64,000 nucleotides of DNA, from assembly GCA_965645245.1 (NCBI GenBank), contig OZ287073.1, forward strand, positions 2,480,001 through 2,544,000, read 5' to 3'. The DNA is from Massalongia carnosa. Taxonomy: Eukaryota. The translations under genes were made by a program, and so were the position numbers. Shown piece after piece: positions 1 to 13,188 of the stretch. The notes beneath the pieces are model-generated. The model saw only the letters and a list, made by a program, of their open reading frames with translations. It was not told the DNA's origin and searched no databases. How positions within the stretch are numbered: the first letter of the stretch is position 1; every line of letters starts with the position of its first letter.

Positions 1-3000
1 CCGGGGTTGCTGCAATAGCGGCTGAGGACTCCCACAGAATAAGAGATGTCTGGTCGAGTATGGACTGCTGGCCACATCAGTGACCCGATTGCTGATACCA
101 GGAAATGATGGCTTTGTCGGCCACCTGTTCTGACGGTAAAAGGGAGCTTGCTACTCCCGGGTCCATTGGAATGGAGGATGGTTTACAGTCGGTCATTCCA
201 AAACGTTCCAGGACCTTCAAATAGGTCGTTTGTCGAATAGTTATGGATTTTCCAACGTCCACGTCCACTTCCATTCCGAGGTAGTGGGAAACGTCGCCCA
301 GGTCAGTCATTTTAAATCGGTCAGAAAGCTGCTTTTGTATAAACTCGAGACGGGGTATGTCAGCCCCAAAGAGTAGCAGGTCGTCCACATATATTGCTAT
401 GTATTGCTTTTTGTCATTTGAAACAAACACTCCATGATCAAGTTCTAGTCGATGAAATCCTAGCTTCTTTAGGAAATCAACAAGCGTCTAGTACCACACC
501 TAGGGGGATTTTTTCAGTCCATAAAGTGCTTTGATAAGCTCACAAACCAGGTGCGGGTTGGTAATGAATAGATGAGGTTGTTCAACATAATCAACTCGTC
601 GAGGTAGCTATAAAGAAAGGCAGTCACAACATCCATGCGACGTATAATAAACCCTCGTTTGACCCCAACACCCATCATTGCTTTGTATGACATCGGTTTG
701 ATTTGACAACTGCAGCAAAGGTGTCGACGTAGTCCAAGCCTTCTTCTTGCTTATAGCCATGGACCACCCACCTTGCCTTATATTTCAGTATATTTCCGTG
801 TCGGTCTTTCTTCAATTTAAACACCCACCTGCCAGTGATTACCCGACGGTCCTTTGGTGCTTCGGTCAGTTCCCACGTACCATTTTCGGTGTGAGATGCA
901 ATTTCAGTCTGCATTGCTATCAGCCATTTGAGCCAATCAGGTCTGGCCATAGCTTCTTTGAGCGAAAGGGGTTCGTCTGGCCCTTCCGTGTCAATGTTGT
1001 TGGCTAGCATTGTGAATGCTTTCATCATATGTATGTGGGATTTAGCACGATTGTATCAGTAAAATAGGACCTTCCCCCTTAATGATTTGAGTCAAAAGCG
1101 TTGCCTTTATTATCAACAATTTTGTTTTCTTCAGTCCGTTTCGGTAGTTTACCAAAACCATAGATAATTTCATTAGGATAATTTGTACGTTTGACGGGTG
1201 CTCGTTTGGATCTTCTCAATGGAACATGGTCAGATGAAATGGTGGAAGAATTATGATCTTCCTGAGCGTCATGGTCGGTGTCAAGGGTCACTTCGTTGTG
1301 ACTATCATAATTGTCTTCGGCATTTCCTCCCCCTTCTGGCCGTGTTTGTTGGGAAGCTCCCACAGGATTTTGGTCTAAATGTCCCGTGTTTTAAGGACTA
1401 TTTGGGGGTGTAGGAAGTTGAGATTTGTTGAATCGAGATAGGGTGTATGGATCGTCCTTCTCGTCGTCGTCATAGTCGTCTGGATTTCCAAATAGATCAT
1501 CGTCCGTCTGGGTTCACTCGTCGTCAACAAGCTCATTCGGGTTGAAAGCCTTTCGGGCAAAGAGGTTCTTTTCGTCAATAATTACGTCTCTTTTAACATG
1601 AACCTTTCCAGTGCAGGGGTCATATATCCTGTACTGATTTGTGCCTTCATAGCCAACATGAATGCCCTGCCAGGACCGTTCATCCAGCTTCTTTCTCTTC
1701 TCTTTGGGAATATGAACCGAAGCACGTGCACCCAACACCCTCAGATGACTGAGGTTGGGCTTCCTGTCTTTCAATTTCTCGTATGAAGTCACCCCGTCTG
1801 TGTTAGGACTTCTGTTCTTCAGATAACACACTGTTTTGATAATTTCAAGCCATAGGCCCTTCGGTAATTTCATAGCAGACAATATGGACCGTACTGAACT
1901 AATCAGAGTATAATTCAGACGTTCCGCCTTTCCATTTGCTCAGGTGTGTATGGGGCACTAGGTCTCCATTTGATGTGATTTTTCTTCAGATAATCCTGGA
2001 AGGCTTCACTTTTATATTCACCTCCCCCATCGGTATGAAGTGCTCCCATCTGCATGCCAGTCTCCTGAGATGTCCATTCGATATATTCCTTTGTCTTCTC
2101 AAATGCCTGACTCTTCAGTTGCATCGGATAAACATGATATGTCCCAGTGGCGTCATCTTTAAAGGATATGTAATATTGCAATCCATTTCAGGAGGCCGGG
2201 TATGGACCTCCTAAATCACTATGAACCTCTTCCAGGAATTTTGTAGCACGAGGCATAGAAGTCCGTGACGGCTTTCTTTGCTGTCGTCCTTTCATACATG
2301 GCCCACAAATTTCCTCTGGAACTGGTCCTTTCACGTCAATTCCTTCAGCCATTTGTGGAAGTCTAAGAACATTCTGGTAGCCGAGGTGGCCCATCCTTCG
2401 ATGCCAGATTTCAATAGTCGGTTTGATTGCATTCACAATTGGTGTAGTGTTTGCAAAGTTCGTATGCATTGTCACCTCCGGGGTCTTTATCCGAAGAACA
2501 TACTGTCGGTCGATAACATCAGCCAGTCCATGAATTCTGCCTTCATGGAGAATCTGTGTAGCCACACCTATATTTCTCAGAAACACCTCAACTCCTTTGA
2601 TTGCAAGAGGAGTAGGGCTCAAAAAATTGTGACCGAGGTCTGGTGCCCAGCTGACATTCTTCACTGTAAGGACATTGATGTTTTTGTCCTGTTGTACCAT
2701 ATTCAGGACCACGTCTCCATACCCGAAGGCTGGAAGGACTTGTCCAGAGCCTGTCTGCAACTCATGATAGTACTCGGTGTAGGTCGAAAAGAAGTCTCGA
2801 TTGGAAAAGAAATGGTCGGTGGCCCCAGAGTCTATGATTACTCTGTTTATGACCGGATCTACAGTTGCTACTGTCTTACATATCAGATGAACTGCGCCCA
2901 TTCCCTTTCTTTCTTCAACTTCATTGGTCGGGGTCGGTGTGATTTTTGTATTAAAGCAAAATAGCCTTGAGGTAGTTACCTCGGGGGTGGTCGCCTCGCT

Positions 3001-3316
3001 TTCCTGATTGGTCTTGTTCTTTTTACAGAACTTCTTGCTATGGCCGATTTTGCCACACCCATTACACGTCATCTTATCCATCCAGCACTCACCTTTTTCA
3101 TGAGTCTTCTGACACTTGGTGCACTTGGATGTTTTTTTGTCGGTCGAGGTGGAGGAGTTGGAATTCTTCCCCGCTTTCTTCTTGTTGCCGGAGTCCCCTC
3201 CAGACTTCTTCTCTCTTTTGGAATAGTTCACTGTGGGCCTGTCCTGATATGCCAGTCGTAATTCTTCATCTTCTAGTGCCTTTGCTAGGACTTCGAGGAT
3301 CGGAAGATGTTCTTTC

Positions 3317-3638
3317 TAATGAATGATAAATTCACGTGTAGGTATAATAGCATGATTGTCATTGAAGGTAATTATCTATGTGGGCTATTTGTCTGCTTTA
3401 TACAGCAGTCACAAAACAGTCACATCTAGGAGCCTAAACGGTCAGACCTTGTCCCCCCATATCTGCTTGTTTAGGCACTCTGACGGTCAGACCTTGGCTC
3501 CCATATCTGCTTGTTTAGGCACCCTGACGGTCAGACATTGGCTCCCATATCTGCTTGTTTAGGCACTTTGCCAGGCACCTCCCGAGGCTCATGATGGATG
3601 CCCATATTGATGGTGGCCTCATCATCTAACATCTAACA
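3317..3638. mobile_element. Solo LTR inserted in the copia gag
   Basis: 5-bp TSD CTTTC at 3312-3316 and 3639-3643. Removing the insert restores the frame HDSREKEHLPILE. Homologous to 57863-58134. Contains ~41-bp internal tandem repeats. Confidence 0.85.
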
Positions 3639-4430
3639 CTTTCTCCCGTGAATCATGGCTAAGGATGGCCAGGTAGGACTTGAACCGGGTGTCTAGAGAA
3701 TTGAGGGCGTATATGGTAATTGCTTCGTCCATGGTAACATTCAGGTCGGTAATTTCTGCACTAATGTCGCGAATTTTCGAGATAAATTCTGCAACGTTCT
3801 TATAATCCTTTTGATGAATGGAGTGCAATTTCCCAAGCGTGTTCCACTTGGAGGCCCAACTTTGTAGTGTATAGCGGGTTCGAAGATGGTCCCACAGCTC
3901 TTTCGGTGTCCATATTGCTAAGTTTCTTTGGGACAGGAATTCCTTTTGCACGGTCTCGGTGCACATCCGCCCTATTTTCGCCACCGTTCGGCGGGAGTCG
4001 TCAGAAAAGTCTTTGATTTTGAGGGATCGCTGGTAGATTCTTTCCACTCTTTCCTCATCATCATCATCTTTGGCTGTCAGTGCCGGAGGTGGTATAGCTG
4101 TTCCTAGGACATGGTCCCAGAGTTTGCCTCCTCCAAAGCAAAGGACATGTCACGCGTCCATTAGTTATAGTTGGTCGAGCCGGTCAGCTTTTTAAAGCTA
4201 TAATCGTGTTTCGAGTCTGATACCATCGCTTCGGCACAGAAAACGATTGGTCGATCGGGTCTGGTCGATCGGGTCTGGTCGGTCGGGGTAGTAGCTGACT
4301 GGCTGGTCAACTACCACTGTGGTCGCAGGGAAAGCTGATTGGCTGGTCAACAGTCCTGCTTAGAATACTCGTGGTCTAATTAATCATGCTATTGTCATGC
4401 AGTACGCGCATCCGGGTTCTCATAACTTAT

Positions 4431-4700
4431 TGGGGTCGAGACTTGATCACCTTGGTGCATGACACGAATATTTAGAAGGGATAACTAGTTCATTTGTTTA
4501 CTATCTGCAGAGATTTCACCAAAACTCCAAAATGCACGCTAGGCCCAAACGGGCAGTCACCAACTGCCTGACACATTCTGGTTTGGCCTCCTAGCCCAAA
4601 CACCAACACCAGCCACGGTGCGGTAGTCGACTTCATGACCTCATTTGCCATTGATAATGGTATCCAAACCGGTGGTGTCTCGCTCTACCTTGCGACCCCA
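4431..4700 (-). repeat. 5' LTR of the copia element (270 bp)
   Basis: Bounded by a perfect 8-bp inverted repeat TGGGGTCG...CGACCCCA (TG...CA). Followed on the minus strand by AAGTTATGAG, resembling the GGTTATGAG PBS-region motif of fungal copia elements, then gag. Confidence 0.75.
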
Positions 4701-5857
4701 AAGCCGATTATCTAAATGGTAGCTTGTCAACCTTTCTGACCCATCACATGGATTCAGGAAGGATGGAAAGACTGTATTCTGTATGCGGGAAATGCCCACA
4801 TCTAGCTACCTATATAGAAGGGAAAAGGGGTCATGGCGGCAACGATATCAACCCCGGCAAATTGAGGGATAAAGGTGGGAAAGAAATGGCGTAGTCTTAG
4901 CGGCATCTGCCGCGACAGGGGGTCGAGGATCGGCGATGAGAATCGACCGCATTCAGGTTTGACATAGCTTTATCAGTGTAAACTGGGGATTTCGACGAGA
5001 TGGAGGCCCACAAGCAGGAGATTGTCGACAAAAACCTGCTGAAGCTTGGGTTCCTTGGTGCAAAGTTGTGACCAAAGAGACACCCGTGCTCATGGCCTAG
5101 TGATGGATGAGAATCTCAAGAGACAATACATAGAACGGACGGTTATGATGACAAGAATAATGCCAAAGTAAGAGGCAGTACTCTGTAGTCACGATTCGAA
5201 CCTCTCGAAGTAACTTTCGGCTCTTCAGCGATTGCGGAGAGTGCTATGTATGTAAGCATAAAGCACAGTAGATTTTAAAAGCAGAATGCATTCTTTTGCT
5301 ATTGAGCTGTCGCGCACAGAACGTGAAATCTTTGATACAGAATTGGGGAATGCTTATTGCTCATAGAAGAGTGGTGCTGTGGACATAATTATTCGACAAG
5401 TCGACTTCTACGTCAAGCAGCGTTAGAATCACGTCATGCATACTCGGAGAAGTTGATTCATTAGTACTATTCTGTGGACTTGATGAAGTGCTGATGACAT
5501 GAATGTCTTCGTACCCGTTTAACTCGATTAGCATCTTGTGGTAGAATTCTCATTGTGATGGTCTTTCATTCACAACAACATGTAGCCTTATGTGTTCTAC
5601 CGACGAGGACGGGCATGCCTCGAAAATCATTGGCGATGACGTGTCCGGACTACGCCGCCTAGATGCATCTAGTGAAACGTGCTGAACCAATCAGTGCTAA
5701 GAAAGCAGCAGGCTGCGCCCACCTATCTTGGAGAGTTTTAACTCTCTCTTGACCATCAGTACACCTCAGTATTGTTTTGGTGATTCTACTGTTGCCAGCA
5801 CAAAGCCTTATTGTTGCAGTTGTAAATCTACGACTATCATTCCTAGTGCAGGATTCG

Positions 5858-8800
5858 ATGGAAAGCTCTTCGCGTGAAAGTAGGTCCTTGTTTAGTCACA
5901 AGGCTAGTAAGGCAAAACAGGACTCTACCGGAGTTTCAGTGCAAGGATCTTCCACAACACAATCAACGAAACCTGATTCTGCCTCTATTCTGACGTCAAG
6001 CGTCAAGGTGAGCTCTAAATCTGCTCCGGATTCAACTGAAGAGGCGAGATCGATCGAAGCATCTTCCTCAACGGGTGCGCAAGCTCAGAATGTACAGAGT
6101 GGTCTCTGGTACATTGCGCTGCAGAAACTATCGTCAGAGGAGAAAGCAGCTATTCAGCAAATATCCGTGAATTTAAAACTAGAGATCGTGGAACAGTTAC
6201 ACGATGTCGTTCAGCAGAAGCGAGATGAATGCCTCAAGAAACGATGGAAATTCAATTTTCACGGCCGAGAGATCATCCTTCGCGATTTAGCGGAGAAAAT
6301 TATTTTTGGGCTCAACAAATTCAAGGAAATTGGAGACGTCGCGGTAAATTTTGATCCTGTTCATGCTGCGTTGCCATGGGCGGGAGTCAGATTTTTGCTT
6401 CAGGTGAGATTGGATCTTCCTTTGACATGATTTTGAAAAGATTTAACTCTGAAAAAGATGGCGGTGGGAGAAAGCGAGTTGATGGCAGCTTTACTTGTTG
6501 GCGGAGAGAAGGTGACGCAACTTATCAATCGGTGCACAATATATGAACTCCTTTACCTTTCTTCTGAGGTATCCGGACCGTCCACACTTGCTATGGAGAA
6601 CTTGACAACGGCGTTGACAGCCTTGTATCTCGTTGTGTTAAGATTCCTTGCCCGTGCGAAGAACTTATATGATAAAGGATCTGTATCTCGAACTCTGGGG
6701 AGTGTATTGGGTTCGAAAGTTCTCAAATTTGTTGACAGTTGTAAGGACTTAGAAACCCAAGTAGATACGGAGGCAAGAATTTTGGATCGCATACAAGATC
6801 GGGAGGCAAGAAATTTGGATCGCATACAAAATCGGGAGGCAAGAAATTTGGATCGCATACAAGATCGGGAGGCAAGAAATTTGGATCGCATACAAGATCG
6901 GGAGGCAAATATGAAGCTAAAGAGCTTATTTGAAGACTTGAGAAGCCCAATCTTGCGCGTCGATGCTCGAGTGAGTGCTTTGAGCGATGAATATGAAGTG
7001 GACAAGCGAAATAAAATACTTTTTTGGGTATCCGACATTCCATACGAGGAAATCCACTATGTTGCTCGCAAAGGATGGACAAAAGGAACAGGAAAGTGGC
7101 TACTGAATCATGAACGACATGTAGAATGGCGTGCGTCTAGCGCATCTACAATATTGTGGCTGCACGGAATGCGTAAGTGTGTATAAATTTATCTAGCATT
7201 TCGTACTGACTGTGTTCATTAGCTGGCGCTGGCAAAACTAAACTTGTGTCAACAGTCGTCGACGACTTGATTAAAACATTTGCTGAGCAACCCAATGACG
7301 AGGCGCTGGCTTACTTTTATTGCGATCGCAATCAGCCTAATCGTCAAGACCCAGCATTAATCATGAGCAGCTTTGTGCGACAACTATCCGGAGTCGAAAA
7401 GACCAATAAGATCCAGCGTCCGATCGTTCAAAGGTATGATTTGAAGCAGAGAAATGCCTTTGCCTCAGGAGGGCTCAAGATTGAGGAAAGTTTTGATCTT
7501 CTACGTCAGCTAGTTGAAATTTATCCTCAAATCACGCTAGTTGTGGACGCTTTGGATGAGTGCAACAAGGAAACGAGGGCCCCTTTCATGGAAATGTTAG
7601 ACATCTTGGTGAGCGGCAAGTCTTCTAACTTGGTAAAAATTTTCATCTCGAGCAGGCCAGACCTAGATATCAAACACCGATTTAGTGGTGGACCAAACAT
7701 GGAAATCAGGGCAACGGATAATGAGAAGGACATAGCAAAGTTTGTTGATGACAAGATCAAAGATAAAAAGGAATGGTATTGCAAGATAAGTTCCGAACTT
7801 AGAGAGCTCATCTCCGAGACGTTGGTGAGCAAAAGCGACGGAATGTAAGTTTCTATAACCGTCGGTCACTAGCATTGATTTTCTAAGAGTAGAATAGGTT
7901 TCAGTGGGCGTCTCTGCAGATTATTCAACTACATAAACTCCTGCCCCGTAGATGCGATATTGAAGAGCGACTAGGCAAACTTCCTAAGGACCTTGATGCG
8001 GCATATGACGAAATATATCGCAGAATTAAGGCTCAGGATGGAAGTGCGCCCGAAATTGCCGACCGTGCATTTCAATGGATTATGTATTCCGTTGTCCCCT
8101 TATCGCCAGAAGCATTAATCGCTGGGGTTTGTCAAGATCACAACACGGACGTTGTCGACCCTGTGGATGTCGATATCGATTTTGTTCTCGACGCTTGTCA
8201 AAACTTAATCGTCGTTGATTCTCAGCTTCATATCTGCCGATTTTCCCACTTATCAGTTCAAGAATATCTGGAAAGACACTGGGGATACTATGATGCGAAT
8301 GCTCTAATAGCGAAAGTATGTTTGTCTTTGTTGAATGATCCAGTTCAACAAAAACGGAATACCGAATTGCAAGACGAAAACAAAGAACTCGACGACATTA
8401 TTCGCTACGCAAGATTCTGTTGGGCAGATCACGTACAAAACCACGAAAAAGAAAGGATTGATTCTCGTTTAACGATAATTTTAAAGCAATTCCTTGGATC
8501 TTTCAACGAAAGCAGCCCAGCGTACAAGAGTTGGCATGAAATAATAGACAAGGATATAAATAAGAGATATCGTGATGTGCAGGTGTTTAGTACCAGTCTG
8601 GTATATGAAGTATTTTATAGTATTAGTCCATCTTCTTTAACTTTACTGGCAATATCAGCGTTTGGATTCAATAAAATCATATTGGATTGGTGGGAAACAG
8701 CTGTTTTCGATGTCGAGACACATAATAACAATAATGAATCAATACTGCATATTGCCAGTAAATACGGTCATCTTTCCATTATCATGGTTTTATTGAATAA

Positions 8801-11101
8801 CGAAGCGGACGTGAACGCGCAAGACGGAGAGGATGGCAACGCGCTGCAGGCGGCATCGTCCAGAGGTCACGAGAAAATCGTGCAGTTGCTGTTGAACAAC
8901 GAAGCGGACGTGAACGCGCAAGGCGGACACTTTGGCAACGCGCTGCAGGCGGCATCGTCCAGAGGTCACGAGAAAATCGTGCAGTTGCTGTTGAACAACG
9001 AAGCGGACGTGAACGCGCAAGGCGGACACTTTGGCAACGCGCTGCAGGCGGCATCGTTCGGAGGTCACGAGAAAATCGTGCAGTTGCTGTTGAACAACGA
9101 AGCGGACGTGAACGCGCAAGGCGGACACTTTGGCAACGCGCTGCAGGCGGCATCGTCCGGAGGTCACGAGAAAATCGTGCAGTTGCTGTTGAACAACGAA
9201 GCGGACGTGAACGCGCAAGGCGGATACTATGGCAACGCGCTGCAGGCGGCATCGTGCGAAGGTCACGAGAAAATCGTGCAACTGCTGTTGAACAACGAAG
9301 CGGACGTGAACGCGCAAGGCGGATACTATGGCAACGCGCTGCAGGCGGCATCGGTCGGAGGTCACGAGGAAATCGTGCAACTGCTGTTGAACAACGAAGC
9401 GAACGTGAACGCGCAAGGCGGACACTTTGGCAACGCGCTGCAGGCGGCATCGTCCGGAGGTCACGAGAAAATCGTGCAGTTGCTGTTGAACAACGAAGCG
9501 GACGTGAACGCGCAAGGCGGACACTTTGGCAACGCGCTGCAGGCGGCATCGTCCCGAAGTCACGAGAAAATCGTGCAGTTGCTGTTGAACAACGAAGCGG
9601 ACGTGAACGCGCAAGGCGGAGAGTATGGCAACGCGCTGCAGGCGGCATCGTCCCGAGGTCACGAGAAAATCGTGCAGTTGCTGTTGAACAACGAAGCGGA
9701 CGTGAACGCGCAAGGCGGATACTTTGGCAACGCGCTGCAGGCGGCATCGTCCGGAGGTCACGAGAAAATCGTGCAGTTGCTGTTGAACAGCGAAGCGGAC
9801 GTGAACGGGCAAGGCGGACACTTTGGCAACGCGCTGCAGGCGGCATCGTGCAAAGGTCACGAGAAAATCGTGCAACTGCTGTTGAACAGCGAAGCGAACG
9901 TGAACGCGCAAGGCGAACACTTTGGCAACGCGCTGCAGGCGGCATCGTCCCGAGGTCACGAGAAAATCGTGCAGTTGCTGTTGAACAACGAAGCGGACGT
10001 GAACGTGCAAGGCGGACACTTTGGCAACGCGCTGCAGGCGGCATCGTCCCGAAGTCACGAGAAAATCGTGCAGTTGCTGTTGAACAACGAAGCGGACGTG
10101 AACGCGCAAGGCGGAGAGTATGGCAACGCGCTGCAGGCGGCATCGTCCCGAGGTCACGAGAAAATCGTGCAGTTGCTGTTGAACAACGAATCGGACGTGA
10201 ACGCGCAAGGCGGACACTTTGGCAACGCGCTGCAGGCGGCATCGTCCCGAAGTCACGAGAAAATCGTGCAGTTGCTGTTGAAGAACGAAGCGGACGTGAA
10301 CGCGCAAGGCGGATACTATGGCAACGCGCTGCAGGCGGCATCGGTCGGAGGTGACGAGAAAATCGTGCAGTTGCTGTTGAACAACGAAGCGGATGTGAAC
10401 GCGCAAGGCGGATACTTTGGCAACGCGCTGCAGGCGGCATTGGTCGGAGATGACGAAAAAATCGTGCAGTTGCTGTTGAACAACGAAGTAGACGTGAACG
10501 CGCAAGGCGGATACTTTGGCAACGCGCTGCAGGCGGCATCGTCCGAAGGTCACGAGAAAATCGTGCAGTTGCTGTTGAACAACGAAGCGGACGTGAACGC
10601 GCAAGGCGGATACTATGGCAACGCGCTGCAGGCGGCATCGTGCGGAGGTCACGAGAAAATCGTGCAGTTGCTGTTGACAACGAAGCGGAAGTAAATGACA
10701 GCGCGCTGCAGAATGCATGCATATATGGTCAAGAGAAGGTGATGCAGTTATTGTTGAAAAATGGAGCGCAAGTTAACGACAAGTTGCTGGTAATGACATT
10801 GTCGGAAGGTCACATAAGGATAATACAGAGCAGATTGGGGGAAAAATGGAAAATTGACGATATCGTATTACTGACTACATCATCGAGATATCACGAGAAG
10901 GCAGTGCAATTTTTATTGAATAACGGGGTGAACGTCAATGACAGCTCGCTGCAGGCATCAAGGGAAGGTTACGAGAAGACGATGCAGTGGTTGTTGGATG
11001 AAGGAGAGAACATGAACGTGAAAGACAGCTCGCTGCAGGCATTGAGGAAATCTCACGAGAGGGTTTTGCAGTTGCTGGAGGCAGCCATGAAACCTTGCTG
11101 A
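5858..11101 (+). CDS. Fungal NLR-like protein: NACHT_N/Goodbye-like N-terminus, NACHT NTPase, ankyrin repeats (1-bp frameshift near the C-terminus)
   Basis: Exons 5858-6403, 6458-7172, 7223-7844, 7898 onward, with GT-AG introns. Splicing rebuilds Walker A HGMPGAGKT and GMFQWASLQ. Walker [10 protein letters not shown]-terminal [17 protein letters not shown]. 19 ANK repeats. A missing A at ~10677 stops the frame at 10694, while degenerate ANK repeats continue in another frame to 11101. Confidence 0.92.
6770..6908 (+). repeat. In-frame 33-bp tandem repeat x4 ([11 protein letters not shown]) in the NLR linker
   Basis: GAGGCAAGAAATTTGGATCGCATACAAGATCGG repeated four times with single-base differences. 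Confidence 0.95.
8799..10679 (+). repeat. Array of 19 x 99-bp highly conserved ankyrin repeats
   Basis: Unit [33 protein letters not shown] is nearly identical between units except at a few codons. Confidence 0.97.
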
Positions 11102-12891
11102 TATCAAGTCCTTCATCAATCATCAATACAAAAGAGATGTTTCATTTACAGTTGCTTTCAAATAGTCTTCTATTTTCTTCTTGAAAGAAATATGCGGAAT
11201 GCAAGACACAATTTAAGATGAAGGAGATTGTAATTGAGAAATCCTAGCGTAGTAGATTAGCATTGCTTTCCTATCGTTCGATCTGCTTAATTTCTGGCCA
11301 TTTTTTCCTAAAGGTTGTCGTATCTTTTTCGCGTTGAAAATTTTCATAAGGACTTGAAGTAAAAGAAAGAGGTAACGTAACCCACCAATACTTTAAACAC
11401 CAGAATATCTAAATACCCTCATCGTCATCATCAATGACAGCGACAATAATGATGAATTAAATAAATCTGAATAGTCTCGTCGCTCGAAAACAGTCTGATC
11501 GTCACCCGAGAGTAATTACATCCCCCACCCCCCTTCCATTACCATCCGGAAATCCTCGTCGTCGAACTTCAACTCTCAAGATTTATGTCTCCATAAATCA
11601 GGACTTCCCTCCCTCACCACCGGCCTGATAAAATAAGGCGCGTTCAAACTCGACCCGTAAAGACTCGGAGATGCTTCCAAAGAACGAGCTTGCGGGGTAG
11701 GCGAATCCCATACAAAATTCAATTGTGTTTGGGTGGAATCCCAGGTAAACTCCATCTGACTTTGAGAGGTAAATGGAGCATTTGTAGGCAAATTACCTCG
11801 TCTTCTTTTCGATGGCCCTTGATTTGACATCTTCAACCTCTTTTCCCTCCTCCTTCTGCATGGCCTTTGAGACTCGTTCACGCTTACGTTCAGCCTTCAG
11901 TTCATCCTCTTTCTCTTTCTTCTCAGCCTGAGCAGCCAATCGTTTGATCCTCTCGTCTTTCTTTCTTTCAGCCTCCTTCTTCTTTTCAGCAGCGTTCACC
12001 TTTCCAGTCTCAACGGCCTCCTTTCTCAGAGGAGTGGCCTCTGCTTTCTCCTCCTCTTCTATGCGATATGCATCGGCCTGAGCCTCGGTGAGAACACGTC
12101 CGAAAGCGCTACCATAAGTAGCCCTTTCCCCTGCCTCTTTTCTCATTTTCTTTCTCTCCTCCCTGGCCAGATTCGCTTTGAATAATGACTGAATAGAGTC
12201 TTGAAGAAGTGTTCGATCTGCGAAGGCGATAGCAGTTGCTCATTTGAGACGCCGAAGCCGGTCTTGATGTGATTTGGATATGAAAATTTCCAATGAATTC
12301 AACATAGCAGAGTAATCGCGTTTTTTAGAAGGAGTTCTATCGAAAGAATTGTTCGAAAATGAACTGTTGATGGAGTTGGAGGTGAAGGTGGAGGTAGAGG
12401 TCAAGGGAAATACGATTGAACTCAAAGGGGCCGAAGGAACCGATTGAAGAAATTGAGGTAATTTCTCAATTGCTCGCTGCGGGTCAAAAGGATAAATATC
12501 TGAACTTGATAACAAAACATTAAGAAAAGAATATTACTTTTACTCACCAGTTGCAGCCCAAGCTGACATGATTACATCGGAAGTCATGACCGTTTCCCTT
12601 GCCCTCTTTAGAAACCTCAGATAATCCAATTTATTCACATACACCTCTCCGAATTTATTTCGCTCCTCCAGCTGTTTTTTGTATGCTTTGTCCAGAGGTC
12701 CGAAACATCCTACGTCCAAAGGCTGTAGAAAATGAGTAGTATGAGGTGGAAGACAGCGGAACTATATCCACTGACCAGCAGTACTCGATAAAATCAACAG
12801 AGACATGAGATGCATGCCCGTCAGAAGAAGTCGTCGGCCTCCCAAATGAACTGTCTGAGGATTGAAACACTCTCTCACCCAGGTCAGTCCA

Positions 12892-13188
12892 TGTTAACCT
12901 ATTAGACCACACTAATTGGTAGGTGGCCTGCCAATATCACCACTAATAGAAGTGTCACTCGGTTAGCAAGTGTTGCACTTAGTGAATGGCTGGCTACCAA
13001 GTACGCACAAAAGGTGATGGGATAAGATAAAATAGATATTTAGCTAGAGATGATTTCTATCATCAACAACCCTCCTAAATAAACCAGATCAATTTATCAA
13101 ATCCAAAACGAGTCTCTTTAAGAACGTAAACCTAGCTAACAAATAAGCTGGAAAGCTTACGCATATCTAAGCGATAACCAGCTTGATA
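12892..13188. mobile_element. Solo LTR inserted in the Fot1-like transposase
   Basis: 5-bp TSD GTCCA at 12887-12891 and 13189-13193. Termini TG...TA (CA probably mutated). Removal restores GWTDNSHGLTW in frame. Confidence 0.8.

Larger units (their letters stand above)
1..4700 (-). mobile_element. Degraded Ty1/copia LTR retrotransposon (5' LTR through RT; runs off the left edge)
   Basis: Minus-strand fragments in copia order: gag (ATG 4226, KLTGSTNY*W; CCHC knuckle CNGCGKIGHSKKFC), protease (IIDSGATDH), GAG-pre-integrase (WHRRMGH...C..C), integrase (HTDGGGEY, SAPYTPEQ), RT (YKARWVVHGYKQ, YVDDLL). Multiple stops and frameshifts. Confidence 0.95.

Noticed and set aside
3315..3636. Alternative TSD TCTAA for the 3.3-kb insert
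   Set aside because: It does not restore the gag frame; CTTTC does, and it agrees with the termini of the 57.9-kb copy.
5858..6110. Amyloid signalling motif at the NLR N-terminus
   Set aside because: The region is S/T-rich low complexity without the G/N/Q pseudo-repeat pattern, and no adjacent HeLo/HELL or gasdermin effector gene is visible.
8782..10722. Long antisense and alternate-frame ORFs (646, 642 and 366 aa) over the ankyrin array
   Set aside because: By-products of a 99-bp repeat that lacks stops in those frames; they begin and end with the array.
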